Shown here piece by piece: positions 1 through 13,467 of a stretch of DNA of 64,000 nt (position 1 is its first letter; each line of letters opens with the position of its first letter). This DNA comes from Owenia fusiformis (Eukaryota): contig CAIIXF020000001.1 of the NCBI GenBank assembly GCA_903813345.2, positions 47,802,001-47,866,000 of the forward strand. The letters run 5' to 3'. The translations under genes and the position numbers were made by a program. The notes below the pieces were generated by a model that was given only the letters and a program-made list of their open reading frames with translations, made no database searches and had not been told where the DNA came from.

Positions 1-357
1 GAGGGAAAGAGTTGTATTTAGGACACCATATAAATCAATGGAGAGTAGGACCATAATTTGATAGGACCTTCTACCCTTTTTCACCGGGACGCCATCAGTC
101 AGTGGATACAGTTTTGTGAATGCTCTCGAGAATCTCATAGTCTCAATATGTTCTTCGGTGGCTACTCATTATGTTTGCTTGTATAGGCATCATCATACCT
201 TTTAAATGAATAAATGCAAAGAGCTCATCACGTCTCTGAGTATGAACCAAAATGGTGCGCTGTGTACCATCTCAAGTAGCTAATCACATGTTGGTCTAAC
301 AGTAAATTGAAGAAGAATGGCTTTGAAGCCAAGCAAACACATATTGCCAAAACGTTT

Positions 358-3300
358 TCACGTTGTCTGTTTTGCATCTATAACCGACTGCATGCGTTCC
401 CGTCTCTTCTTTCTGATATCGGGAAGAAGTTTATTTTGAAAGAACGTTCTCCAGCGTTCTCCATACGGACTGAAGTGATTTCTCATTGATCCATTCCCAT
501 GCCTGTTAGGTCGCCTATAATATGATCCAGGCAAGGAGGCACCACTGCCTGTAGTTGAAACTCGCTTTGATATCAACCAGTGAGTCTCCATCATTCCCTT
601 ACCCTAAAATGATAAATCGGATAAATCCATTTTCTTATAAGTTCTCATAACTAATTGAAAATGGACAGTCAGAAGATAAGATCAATAGTTAAAACGTTAA
701 AACATTTCCAACTCGATTTTGAATTTGTGATACTATTGCATGGCTACATGAGACTTACATTCTTCAAAGTTGCTACATCGAGTTTACACTTAGTGATGAA
801 GAGAATTGATTTAACATCACAAATAAATAAATAAGATAATTTGGGAGACATTTGCTTTCCAATAGGTTTCCTGGTAACATACGTTCAATATCAACAAACG
901 ACGTTCTTTTACCACCTTCCTGAATTACATGCGACACATCGGGGACGCATGCGCCGCTTCGTACAAAAGGAAAGGTCGAAGAGAATGATCGTCTCCAGTT
1001 TTCGAATGTGAATGTCTTTACAGGGTTGGCTAAACTTGTTGTAAAAACATGAGGACGCAATGACGATAATCTGGCGCTACTGTTTGATTATCATCGATTT
1101 CCATCGTAAAAACACAACATTTTGCAGTTTACAATTCTTTTTCACTTGGCATTTGAGATATTGAATAAGACTTCTTATTTAAGAAAATACGATTTGAAAA
1201 AGATATATATCAAGTCCAGCAGTGAATATTCACATTATCAGGAAGAATCTTGTATTGTGTTATTCTGACATTGACATATATGCTTACTGTATACGTTATT
1301 GCGTCTACATTTCATCCCTTGTAAAAAATGAAGGAGCGTTCCCTGGAATCGACAGTACAGTACTCATTCTTCATCAAAATCAAATCAAGTAAACCATTAT
1401 ATATAAATTGTACAAACAAATGAGCAGAATACGATGACAATTAAATTGTATGACAGTGTGTACTCTTCTGAAGTTGCTTTGACATTTATATCAAGCTAAA
1501 GCGAGGTCGATTCTTGTGTCAATAGTTAGAAAATAACAGAAACAATCCCAAAATCTTAATTTTAGAATTCTAGAAATGATAAACCCTAAAACAACATATT
1601 TTTATGATTCTTTTCTTTTGCAAGAGTCAATTTGGTAGAGTATCAATTTCAATCTGTAGAGTCACGTTGTCACCTTGGCAACCATTCAACGAATGACCTT
1701 GGTTGAGTTATTGGTTATATAATGCAGTGCAGTTATATGAAATACTGTGTTCGGATTAACTGGAATCGGACACACCTTGCTTAGCTTTGTGTGAATCCTT
1801 TCTTTAAGAATCTGATTTAATTATATATGCACAGTTCAAGGACTAAAAAAGAAAGATACGGTAAAACCTGTCTAACCGAACACTAAAAGTGTTCAGATTA
1901 GCAGGCGTTCAGATTTCAATGTCTATAAACGTGTAAGTAAATGGGAGAAAAGAAATTTGGGACCGAGAAAATGTGTTTAGGATTGGAGAGGTGTTCGGAT
2001 GTACAGATTTCACTGCCTGCTGACCTGAACAGGATGACAGTGCATGGTCATACTGCGTTTCCATTGGTTAGGATGCCACAATGTACGCTTATCACTGTAG
2101 CTATATGTGGAAGAGTATGTTAGACCATAGCATCATTGTACGTACCTTTATTTCGATCTTTCCTCTTGGAATCGTCACAAAACGTCCGAAGCTTTCGAGT
2201 AAAGTGTTGAGTTGCGCGCTTATTTGGATTCTTCCCGCTGTAACAAAATTCGACAATTTTCTATAGTCATTACAGATACAAACTAGAAAATAGCAACTCC
2301 ACGGAGTAGGAAATCCCACCGAACAAAACTTGTTTTGATGAATAGTGGCAATCTTAAATATTTCTTGTTGAACTAAGCTCCTTTGTCCCTGGTATCAGTA
2401 TATACATTTTAACCATACTGTACACCTGTATTTGAGTTATCAAAGATTACTTTTTTTTAAGAAAAATTGTGGCCATTTTGAAATTCAGCTGCCATCTTGA
2501 AAGAGCTCTTTTGTTCTTAGGCATCAGCATATAACAATTGAAACAAATCCGTCAACTGGTATATTTGGTTATCAAAGATTTAATTTTAACAACAAATGAC
2601 AGCCATTTTGATAACTAGAGGCCATCTTGAAATTTCTTCTTGAGCAGAGATCCTTTATTCCTAGGCACCGGCATATAAAATTTGAACCAAATCTGTCTAC
2701 TGGCAACTGATGTTTGATTTATTAAAGATTACAATTTTAACCAAAAATGATTGCCATTTTGAAATTTAGCTGTCATTTTGATAATTTCTTCACAAGCAAA
2801 GCTCTTCTATCGCTAAATATCGGCACATAAAATTTAATCATATCTATCGACTATAATTTCAGTTATCAATTGCAAAAATTACCTTTTTGCAAAATTTGAA
2901 CCAAATGCGTCAGTCGGTATTATTGCTTTATTTTACGAAAATGGTGACCATTTCGAAATTCAGCTGACATCTTAGAAATTCTTTTACAAACAGGGATCAT
3001 CATTTGAACCAAATTAGTTCACTGACATTTAAGTCATTAAAGATCGCGTTATTTTATGGAAAATAGCGGCCATTTTGATAGCCATCTTTAAAATTCCTTC
3101 TCAAACATCGTGGGTATCAGCATATAAAATCTGAACCGAATTCATCCACTTGTATCTAAGTTATCAAATATTACGTTTCTTAAGTAAACGGCAGCCATTT
3201 TGAAATCCAGGAGCCATCTTGAAAATCTATTCTTGAATAAAGCTGCTTTGTCCATCATCATATAAAATTTAAAGGAAATCGCTAGTATTTGAGATATTAA

Positions 3301-6196
3301 ATATTTCATTTTTTACGAAAAATGGCGGCCATTTTGAATTCGTTGGGCACATTGAAAATTCCATCTCGAGCAGAAGTCCTACAACCATAAGGCATAAGCC
3401 TATAAAATTATAATCAAATCCGTCAACCGGTATTTGAGTCATCGCCTGGACAGACCAACGGACGGACGAACGGCTGTTCTATATCCCAATCGAACTTCGT
3501 TCGTTGGGATATTTACAAAATTTGAATGATGGATGACAACAACATCATATTCATATATCAGTATATTACCCCGAACTTAAATCACCAGGGGCGGATCTGG
3601 GAACCAACAAGGGGGGGGGGCAAATTTCAGGTCAGAGATAAAAACTTGGGGTCCCTAAAACACAAAAGCGGGCCCAAATTTTGAGGCCCATTTTCTTCAA
3701 AATTTGGCCTGAAATTAAAAAGTAAAGCCTTAAAAGGCCTAGTAATGACCAAAATGGCACACTTTTTTGGGCCTTGAGGCCTTTTTGGCCCAAACTTTTT
3801 TTAAACTCAATTTTTTCGGGGCCCCCACCCCCTCCCCCCCCCCCCCCCAGATCCGCCAGTGATCACATAGCTTAAATTCAGAATTTGCATTTATAAAATG
3901 AAAAGTTAACACCAAGAACGACGTACTACAAACTACTCTGCTATGTAAAATGAGAAAAACATACGAAGGCTTGTGGACTGCATCCTAGACGCTGTGTTTA
4001 CTGTATCCCCAAAGAGACAATACCTCAGCATTCTTGATCCAACAACTCCTGCCACAGCTGGTCCTAATTTGTTCAATCAAATGAAAAATGAAAAACATGC
4101 AACAAATCAATATCGTGCAAATAAATATCGTATAATATCATGTCGTGCATCATAGATGATGACTAAAACTGACAGGAAAAAAGTTCACAGAGGATTTTAC
4201 ACTGTTAATATTTCAAATACATGTGATATTGGTAAGCTGCAGATTTCAACCTGTACATATAAACTCTACCTGTATGGGCACCAATGCGTATCTGAAGTCT
4301 TTTCTCGGGTAGGTGAGGTATCTCAAAGTGGGTCATGGAATGCAGGAGATCAACTAGCATATCGGCTATTTCCTCGGAGTGATGGTCACCATTCCGTTTG
4401 GGAAGCCCTGACGCAACCATGTAATGATCGGCTACCGTCTCAACCTTATACACATCGTAACATTCAATGCGTGCATCAATATAGAGATATAACATGTTCA
4501 AAAGCTCTATTAAATCATTGGGTGTGCTTTGTTCGCTGATCTCTTGAAAATCTGCTATATCTGTGAAACATATCGTCACTGAGCTGAATTTTTCAGCTAC
4601 AACGCCCACTCCACGTTTAGTCCTCAATCGTTTGGCGATCGGTTTGGGTAACATCTGATAAACGAGTGCCTCCGCCAATACCTTTTGCTCAAGAACAGCG
4701 ATACTACGTTGTTCCATCTTTTGAGTAAACTGTTTTAAACTTGCCATTGCTCTCTGAGCTGCAAGTATTATACAAGGGACAAATACCAAAGCTAAAACAA
4801 GTAGTAATGATTTTTCAATAGTCGTAGCACGAAAGGACTCCCCACTCTCTTGAACCAAGCCTAACGAAGAGGTAGTTGCTTTGTCGATTTCGCTATACCA
4901 TATGCTGAAGTATTGTTTCATAGTCCCTACCAACAAGGTCATATTCTTTGGAATATCAGGCCGATTTGTTGGTATTTTATTTTCTACTACATTGTGCAAA
5001 CTCAGCATAATTGTATGAGTTATATTAAATTCGGCTGTTTGCATGAGTGTATCAAAACTATCGTAATTTTCTCTAAGACTGTCGTAACGAGCTGATAACA
5101 CTATATTCAGCTCAACATCGAGAGTGTATAGAGTTTTTGAGAGTGCCCCTGTGCTCAAATAAAGGGCATCAATGGCCACCTGCGTTCCCATATCGTTGAG
5201 GCATTGGATCGCTTTAACACATCCTAATAGCACCTTCACTGCAGCATCATTCTTTATGACTTGAGCATAAGTAATAGCAACAGAAATGATATCATTAATC
5301 ACAATCGCATACGACTTTATACTTTCCTCAAATATGGACCAGTTATTGACTTGGTCTGCGCGTTCTCTGACGTCAAGGAGTCGGTCATAGTAGCTTATTG
5401 TGTCGTTCATAAATGACTCAAAGTTTGTCCGGAATTTTATAAAATGAGCGTCTGTCGTAATGTAAGATGTTTTGACATTGTATCCAACAACTTCTGATAG
5501 GTCCATGAATTGAGCAAAATAGGATGACCTCTCCTCGAGTAGACTCCGAATCAGATCTAATATGGATACAAACTCATTCACTCTGTCATTTGTCCCTGAT
5601 TGTTTATCATCTTCTACGACCGCGAAATGTAACTGAAGCAACGCCTGGGTAATTATGATTATGACAGGTACTACTGGCAGAGCGATCATTTTTATGGTTT
5701 CTAAATTCCGTCCGCGGCGTGACGTCACGTCGGGTTGATATAGCGACTGGAGTATTGTCTTTGGAGGTGGTTCCAGTATATCATCTTCTTCATCATCATC
5801 CGAGACTGTCACGTGTGTTAATTTCTCTGATAGTTTGCGTTTTGCAATGCTGTATTCAGAATTTGAAATTTTCTTTTTCCGACTGACAACACTGGATATA
5901 GAATTGGAGGATATTTTTCTACTCCCGATAGACTGTACAGAGTGTTTTCTTCGGACAAAGTCTCGATGCCCCTGGTGTTGTTCGTGTATTGTCGTACCCC
6001 TTAGATCTGCCAAAGGTACATATACCGGTACATCTTCTTTAACCTCGCTAACATTGCCATTTCTAGCATGTGATTTTACTTTGGTAAATTCATTTTGTTC
6101 GTTTGCTGTAGATGAAGAACTAGTGGATGCTGACATCTGGGTCAATCCTGACGAATAGCTATTGTAGCTGGAGATGGTATTATCTTTACTATCCAT
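358..6196 (-). CDS. NIT-domain-type membrane guanylyl cyclase (NIT-GC-like), 4 coding exons, ~787 aa
   Basis: Exons 6196-4270, 4063-3965, 2237-2146 and 603-358 have GT-AG boundaries and matching phases. Class III cyclase motifs: [80 protein letters not shown]. The GTP-specifying Glu and Cys are present. Signalling helix [11 protein letters not shown]. Two hydrophobic helices ([31 protein letters not shown]) flank a ~270-aa helical region starting [10 protein letters not shown], which resembles the NIT L-x-ER motif. The 3' end could include one more small exon near 160-198. Confidence 0.88.
1665..1790. repeat. Dispersed ~120-bp repeat; second copy at ~49335-49460, partial copy at ~26733-26785
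   Basis: Shared tgtcaccttg(g/a)caaccattcaacgaatg...ggttgagttattggttata...atgcagtgcagttatatgaaatactgtgt..ggatt..ctggaatcg. Confidence 0.7.
2280..3512 (+). mobile_element. Helentron-associated (HINE/DINE-like) non-autonomous element with an internal ~120-bp degenerate tandem array, in GC intron 2
   Basis: Starts aaactagaaa. Repeated gccattttgaaa...gccatcttgaaa units, then a cggacggacgaacgg microsatellite and a 3' hairpin atatcccaatcgaac-ttc-gttcgttgggatat (3481-3512). Confidence 0.65.
3586..3861. mobile_element. MITE with CA...TG ends and 5-bp TSD (ATCAC)
   Basis: atcac|cagggggcggatctgg ... ccagatccgccagtg|atcac, with a subterminal G-run on the left and C-run on the right. Confidence 0.85.
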
Positions 6197-8722
6197 CGGA
6201 CTATATTCCCATGGTTACTTCGTTGACTGAAAAACCATATAAATACCAATATGCAACATATAACCAGATCTATCCAAGCTTTTATGATTTTTATAGAATA
6301 CACCAGCCATGGTTAAAAATGCTCTAGTTTTTGTTTTGTGGAGATGTTTTGCCACAATACCTGTACTTATAATATTAATTGTGTAATATGCTTTACCACT
6401 GTTCCAGTGTTAAATAGATATGCAACAGCGTGTGTTATTTGATCATCTCAATGATATTACGTGATATACTATCTGTAAGCCATCTTGTATTATAAGAAGC
6501 ATCCAAAATTGATTAGAGCATTTTGAAACATGTACATTCAACGAAATCCATGTGACGAAATCTGCTGTAGTCAATCCGATGTCCTTGCGTTATTGAATCC
6601 CCGTATACAATATAACCAAATTAATTCTCTTCATGCACCGGCAAATAATTTAGCAAGCAGATTACTTGCTTTCTAATTAGCTTTTTCCAGCGATAACCAA
6701 GGTAATAAAATTCAGGTGTGTCACGCGTACTGATCATACTTCATAAAACTAATCAACGTTTTTTGCAAAAAGTAGATAAATTGATATATCTACTAGTTAG
6801 TGAGAGATGATTACTGTAGTAATAGTTTGTTTTTGGAAGTGTTTTCTAATTCTAACACGTTTAATAACCCACGCTCATTTCTCTGCTCATACACGTCATA
6901 CCTCTTTTTGTTCCCACTTTTAGGTAGGCTATTATTTGAGTCAGGACTAATAGAGTAAAATTGGTTGGTGCTCCGAATTGTGGACCGGAAATTTTTACCC
7001 CTCCCTTGATTTTCACGTCCACCCTGATCTAGTACGCATGTTTATTGTAAAATGGTAAAATCTACAAATCAATTGAAAAAACAATATGGCCGGCTAAAAA
7101 ATAAAGTGGGTGCTTATTGCAGCTGAAACCAAATTGTAACAACAAGGTATAAAATAAAAAGATCTACGTGTCTTTGCTGATATTTTACAGGTACACCTGT
7201 ATACGACTCATCGAGTTGATTTATGGTTTAAGTTTTTGTTCTTTTTAACTATTTCAGTGAATTTCACATGTAGACGTTAGGTTGGCAACATTTTCATGAC
7301 AGAATCATCGTAGTGATAAATTTCTTGTTTGGTTTCCAAGTTGTAATAATGAGAATCGACATTTTTTGATGAGACATTACTCATAAGACATCACTCATTG
7401 TAAATGATACAACCGTCATTTCCCCGCCATACCAGATCCTTTAAATTAAAGCCCTCGAGTTACACATATTAAGTTAATTATAACACAAATGTCCATAGAA
7501 ATATATCAACTCTGTTCCTAATCACACAACGCAAAGGAGCTTTAACATATTTATGAGGACCTACACTGTATCATCGACATCTCTAAGATAACCATCGACA
7601 TCTCTAAGATAACGATGTCTAAAGGAAATGTTATTTGGGACGCTGGTGCTTGTTTATGTAACTCACTACAAATGCACGTATTTGGATTGTATTTTCCTTT
7701 TCATTATCTGCAGAAAATTAAAAACCTAACGTCTTTAATACCGTTGAAGCAGGACAAGACTACAATTACTGGAAGAAAGTGTTCCTGGGTTAAGCCAAAA
7801 ATGCGAAATAAGTGGATCGGTTAACCGAAAAAAATCCTCAAGAAGTGTTGATCTCAAAACACTCAATTAATCAATAGTATAACTTTAAAATATCATGAAC
7901 ACCAAGCATGTCATATACTATACACATCGAAAATCTGTTCATTCCCAAATTGCCGGAATCTGCACTTTACATGTACGTATCATCTGTTAAATGTGTATTG
8001 TTGTTTTTATCTAAATGTATTATGGGGTGCTTTAAAATAGTATATGGGGTGATTTAAAATATTAAAGGGCGATTTAAAATATTATTTGATCATTTTGCAG
8101 TAGAATTAGAGAGACTCTACGCTTTTAAAGTGCATTTATAGAATTCCTAAATTATACAGTTAACACAGATCACATTTGTATGCAAAAAATTAACATTTAT
8201 TGGTGTTAAATCTTTAAAAACATAAAGACCTAACCTCTTAATCTTGTGCAATACAAAATACCAAAATACTGGCATTGGTCTTTAAAACTGTGATGAATAA
8301 AAAGCTAAGAAAACCTAATATTACAAAAAGTACATTAACAAGTACAAAAGAACGTTATTCAAATGGCACATGTTTTACAAATAATAGTTGATGCACATTA
8401 ATAAACCAATGAGTACGTTACAAAGAACTTTGGCAAGCAATTTATCATATAAAAATATAAAATAAATAATAAAGAGATTGTCACTGGAATATTGTTTTGA
8501 GATTTTATTAAGAAAGTGATTTTCAGTTCAAATTATATACCATGTGTCATCAAAATACTTCCACTTGGGTTTAACCGAATACACCATCTATTCATTCAAA
8601 ACTCATTAAAACACCTTAGCTAAAACACTTTCAAACAGTGCACGCGTGGATACAAATCTCTACAATTGGCTGTGTGAGTGACGTGTTCTCACGATTATTT
8701 TCTATTTTTACGCCATCTGTAG

Positions 8723-9302
8723 CACCCTTGGTATACGCAGCTAACGAAAATTGACCGGTACGGGTCAAAAGCTGGACCGGTACGGGTTAACGGTTTTATT
8801 TGAATTTAAAACAGCCATAACTTGCTCAATATTGACTTCCTCGTGTCTAATTTGAAATATATGATGCCTCCCGATGCTTTTAAGTACCCAAATTTTTTAC
8901 AGATTTTTAAACGGACCAAAACTCTTTAAATGCGCATTTATGCTCTTTTCTCTCGAGAACGACTGTCTCATTTTCAGGATAACTTTTATTTAGTACTTCT
9001 AACATATACGATCTATTTTTCCCCATCAAGGTATGATGTAAATGACATGCTATTTACATCTTGTGAGTTTCAATGACGCGCGTTTGATTTTATAAAAAAT
9101 GCCAAACTTTGTGACAAAGAATTTCATCAGCTATTGCCCCGAACCGGTCCGTCTTCTCGCTGCAAGGAGATTGCCCCGAACCGGTCCGTCTTCTCGCTGC
9201 AAGCAGGATGAAATTCTTTGTCACAAAGTTTGGCATTTTTTATAAAATCAAACGCGCGTCATTGAAACTCACAAGATGTAAATAGCATGTCATTTACATC
9301 AT
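8723..9302. mobile_element. Foldback-type repeat element, copy 1 (right arm truncated)
   Basis: Near-identical to 14754-15969. 96-bp inverted arms (9033-9128 and 9207-9302) enclose two direct 37-bp units attgccccgaaccggtccgtcttctcgctgcaag(g/c)ag. Confidence 0.8.
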
Positions 9303-11985
9303 TTATCTAAAACTCTTTGAAATATTATCAAAAAAAAGGAATCATGGCACTGCTCATTTGAAATTCTCATGTTTATAACACAGAGTTGCATACCCTTCTC
9401 TAAAAAGCACATGAATTATGGTATACTGGTTTATATGATATATTTTGACATGTTTGGCTCAACGGGCATCATTGTTCAGTCCTTACATGTACATGTATAT
9501 TCAATTCAATTCAATTTATTCCTTTTAACATAATAATACATGAAATAGGGTTGACAGGTGACATCATTTCTGATGTTTATATTATTTCATTACACTGTTA
9601 AATGTCCAGACAGATCCTCCGAGACATAATATAAAAGCTTTGATAATACATTGTAATACCTCACTGTCTCTACTTTCTCTGTTCACACATTGCACGTACA
9701 CCCTTCATGATACATCGAGAATCATATGAATGATTAGGCTCAAAACATCTAAATTGTGACAAGTTTTGAAAAGGATAGGTTACAACTCTCTAGTAACTCT
9801 CTCTCTACAAGTACATGAACTAGTAAATAATATCATTGATTCTCCATTTAAAGGGCCAATAGCTTTAATTCCCATCTTAATAATACTCTATAATAGTTTT
9901 CATAATTACGCATTACTAACACAATCAGTAGACTTGGGTATGAACTTTCTTTTTAAAAATATTATTTCCTTGTATTAAAGTAGTATGAGTTCCAAATTGA
10001 AATACCATTCACACCTTTTCAATTTTTAAAGATATCTTCAATAATTATAGAATATAAGGTTTATGTCCAAGTCTATTGATTCTGTAAGATACATAACATT
10101 GAAAATATTCTAGGGTATTAGACTGCAAATTACAGCTATTAGCCATTTAAATAATAAAAAAAATTGTAAATCGATGTAAAGGTGTGCATATTGCTTTTTG
10201 ATCCCTCTCATATTCTCGAGTGAGACCATCATTCTTTATGAATAGTTTTTGTGCATACTGAACCTAATGGTGGATAGAGGTAATACTGTATAACTATAAA
10301 GCTAGTCCTGGTCAGCGTGCTCTAGACCCACACTTGATAGCTCCCTTGCCCAGCTCCTGGGGGTAGCCTTATGTAGCATCAGTTCGATTTTTTCATTTTT
10401 AGACACCTGTAGATATAAAAGATTTGATTTAACTTTTAGTTGTTCTGGGGTGGGCCATGATTTAAGGAATCATTTATGGTACTTTACCTTTCTTTGATCT
10501 ATCCATGTACATTTTGCATGATCTGGGTGATAAATGACAGTTGCCAAACAAGACATGTATGGGTATCTATGCAACGTTTTGTTGTTCATTCATGGACAGC
10601 TAGCTGCCATTTGACACACTGTACATTGTACATCTTAGCTATGACATTTACAGATCTTAAATAATACTTTCTTCAATTAATGTATTGATAAAGTTTAAGA
10701 TGACTTAATATTATATTAATACTGTTTTAGAATACTAACTTTGTACTTTGTCTTCTTTGGATTGGTATCTATCTCATAGGGTAACTTTTGTACAGCATAG
10801 CGATAAACTTTTGCATTGCTATCTGTAAGAGTGACAGTCAAGGAGAATGACCTGCAATTAAAACAAGAACACAAATGTGTACAACATGTCCCCTCCAATG
10901 GGTGATCCTATATAATGCAATTTTTTCATCCTGAATGCTGAACACTAATCTGAACACTATTCAGTTGAAAAGACATGTACACAAGACTTTACAGAAAAGA
11001 TTTTAGAACGGAAAATCCAAAATGCCCACCTTAAAATTTACCCACAATGCGGACAAACTAATCAGTTGAAGATTTTCATAATAAGAATCATCCCTGAAAT
11101 TTGAAATTGATCTTTTAAACGTTGAACCCGAAAACGACAAACAACTGAGCAGTTGACCAAAGGAGACGCATCGCTATTATCTAGGTCAATCTATTCGGTG
11201 GTTCGAAAGCAAATCTATAGTACTTGTATATGAATTTTGTTGTTCATTGTACAATCTTTTATTGATTAAACTCGGTATACTGACTATTAAAGCATTGACA
11301 AAGAAGAATACTTCCGATGGTGTCATTGTTTTATTTAGCGTGCGGGTGTAAAAACAAATCTGCGTAATTAGTTTGATTTGGAACTTTTGGGTCACGCAAA
11401 TAACAATGTGAAATGCATCATGGGAAAATATTGACCAATCAAATTTAGTCCTTTTTGAGTACATGTTTGCTCCATATTTGCGAATGCTCCTATGCAAAGG
11501 GCGAACCGCGAAATGGAAAATTGATGAATGCTGAACACACTGTCCTCAAAAATTGGAGAATATTTAACCTCTTGGAGAGACGAGATTTTTTGTCATCTCA
11601 GAAATGATCTTGAAACCCAGAGTGACGAGAAAATCTGTCACAAAAATTTTCACTAAAATTGCTCTTATTTGAACAATTTTCAACCAATTTACACGATAAT
11701 TGTTTTAAAATGTGTAGAAATGATATCTGCCGTCTAATTTTACTAAGATGAGCATCTAAAGTTGTATAGGTATGTAGTAAAACCTCAAAAGATGGCAAAA
11801 ATGAAAAATCCTCTGGTTTCAACCGATTTTAGAGCCTGGGATTCAAGAGGTTAACAATATGTCACCACTTTTAAAACCAATAAACAGTGACACAAAGTAA
11901 TGGATTCCCAATGACAATGCAATATAATTAATGACAATATTGAGGGCACACTTAGAACATTGGTATGTTAATTTCAAAATTGTCT

Positions 11986-12177
11986 CAGAGGCGTAGCCAG
12001 TAATTGTCAAGGGGGGTGCAATTTTTGAGTATCGGTGCGAGTGGTACATTCTAAGGATTTCAAACTGTTATTTGTCAATGTATTTTCAACAAATTTTAAT
12101 TTTACAAAATTGCTTTTTTTTATTGGATGCGGTTGCACCCATCATGTACCCCCCCCCCCCCCCTTACTATGCCCATG
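11986..12177. mobile_element. MITE with CA...TG ends and 5-bp TSD (TGTCT)
   Basis: tgtct|cagaggcgtagccag...G-run ... C-run...actatgcccatg|tgtct. Confidence 0.75.
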
Positions 12178-13085
12178 TGTCTGGCAACTACTCGTACATC
12201 GAGTAAATAATAATAAAAAAAAAAACAGAAAAAAATTTACCATTCAGTTGGTTTCAGATCTATTGTTGCATTAGCTGCCTTATCTGACATCATTTTCTTC
12301 TTCAGCTTTGGTATATCAAGTCGAATAAGAACATACTGATCAGGACTACTAGGGTCGTCTCTGTACTCAACTGGAAGAAATAAGATGTTTTATTTGTCAT
12401 TAATTGAGAACAATGTCCATGTAATATTTTAAAGCTTTAATTATTAATGGCATCTGCAGAAGACGATAACACCATTTCGTATAAGCATTACAAACTGAAC
12501 TATCTGGTATTAGCTCTTAGTGTAGAGAGCTTACACCCTACAGCATAACAATTACAAATTGAACTAAGATGCTCTTCAAGAACTTTATGTAGTTCCCTGT
12601 CTGTTAAACCGTGCAGAAAGGCTTCTAGACTTGCCCTTTTTAAAATGAAAATATAACCCTGCAGCCATTTACACATCATCATACTTGTACTTTCACTATC
12701 AGGTCAGGTACGAAAAATTTCCGAACCAAATGCGTGACATATTCAGAATTTGCGTGAAAAGTCCGAACGGCGTTAGGTTTCTTACTGTATCAGCGTTTTA
12801 TAAAAAGCACATTTTTTAAATATCAACTTAATGTGTGATTTGCATGACATTCTTTCATACACGCAAAATTGATGCGTGATTTCAATTTTTCCAGCAAATG
12901 TGTGACAATCACGCCAAATGCATGAGGGTTGACAGGGCAGCTGCAACACTTGTATTGTGACAATTCAGCCAGGGAGGATTGGCTCACAGCATTCCATCTC
13001 GATATTCTGCCATGTATGGAGTCTGACATGTCGTAATTATAAAATTCAAACTTTAATGTAAGTCCACATGTTCGGAGACATTTAA

Positions 13086-13467
13086 GGTCAGGGTGCATGT
13101 TTGGAATTTTTCTGCATTCCTCAATTGAGTCACATGTTATTTTTCAAATTTGAATCACTCCTTCTCCACATTGTCTGCATCTCTAACTTTTGCACAATGA
13201 GTTCTAATGTACCTATAAAAGAATGTGAAGAAGAATGTTTTGATAAAATGTATAAAAAACAAGAAAATCCAGTGAAAAAATTCAGAAAATCTTCAGAAAA
13301 ATTTTTTCACTGAATTTTCTCGTTTTTTATACATTTTACAAAAGAAATCTTCTCACCGGTCTTTTCTTGGCACATAAGACAATGTGTGGAAGGAGTGATT
13401 CCTGTTTGAAAAATAACATGTGACTCAATTGACGAATGCAGAAAAATTCCAAACATGAACCCTGGCC
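13086..13467. mobile_element. Palindromic MITE with TTAA target (Kolobok-like ends), copy 1
   Basis: ttaa|ggtcagggtgcatgtttggaattttt ... aaaaattccaaacatgaaccctggcc. Homologous to 49654-50065 in inverted orientation. Right TSD is degenerate. Confidence 0.7.

Noticed and set aside
4205..4269. C-terminal tail [20 protein letters not shown] of the 663-aa ORF
   Set aside because: Intron read-through; the cyclase continues in the exon at 4063-3965.
9133..9206. 37-bp direct repeats resembling CRISPR repeats
   Set aside because: Only two abutting units, no spacers, no cas genes, eukaryotic context.
9500..10050. Possible antisense LINE 3' fragment with a (ttcaa)n tail
   Set aside because: No convincing RT motifs or TSD could be read.
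12823..13098. ORF with CCSCP...H, faintly SWIM-zinc-finger-like
   Set aside because: Too short and degenerate to assign; at most a transposon relic.
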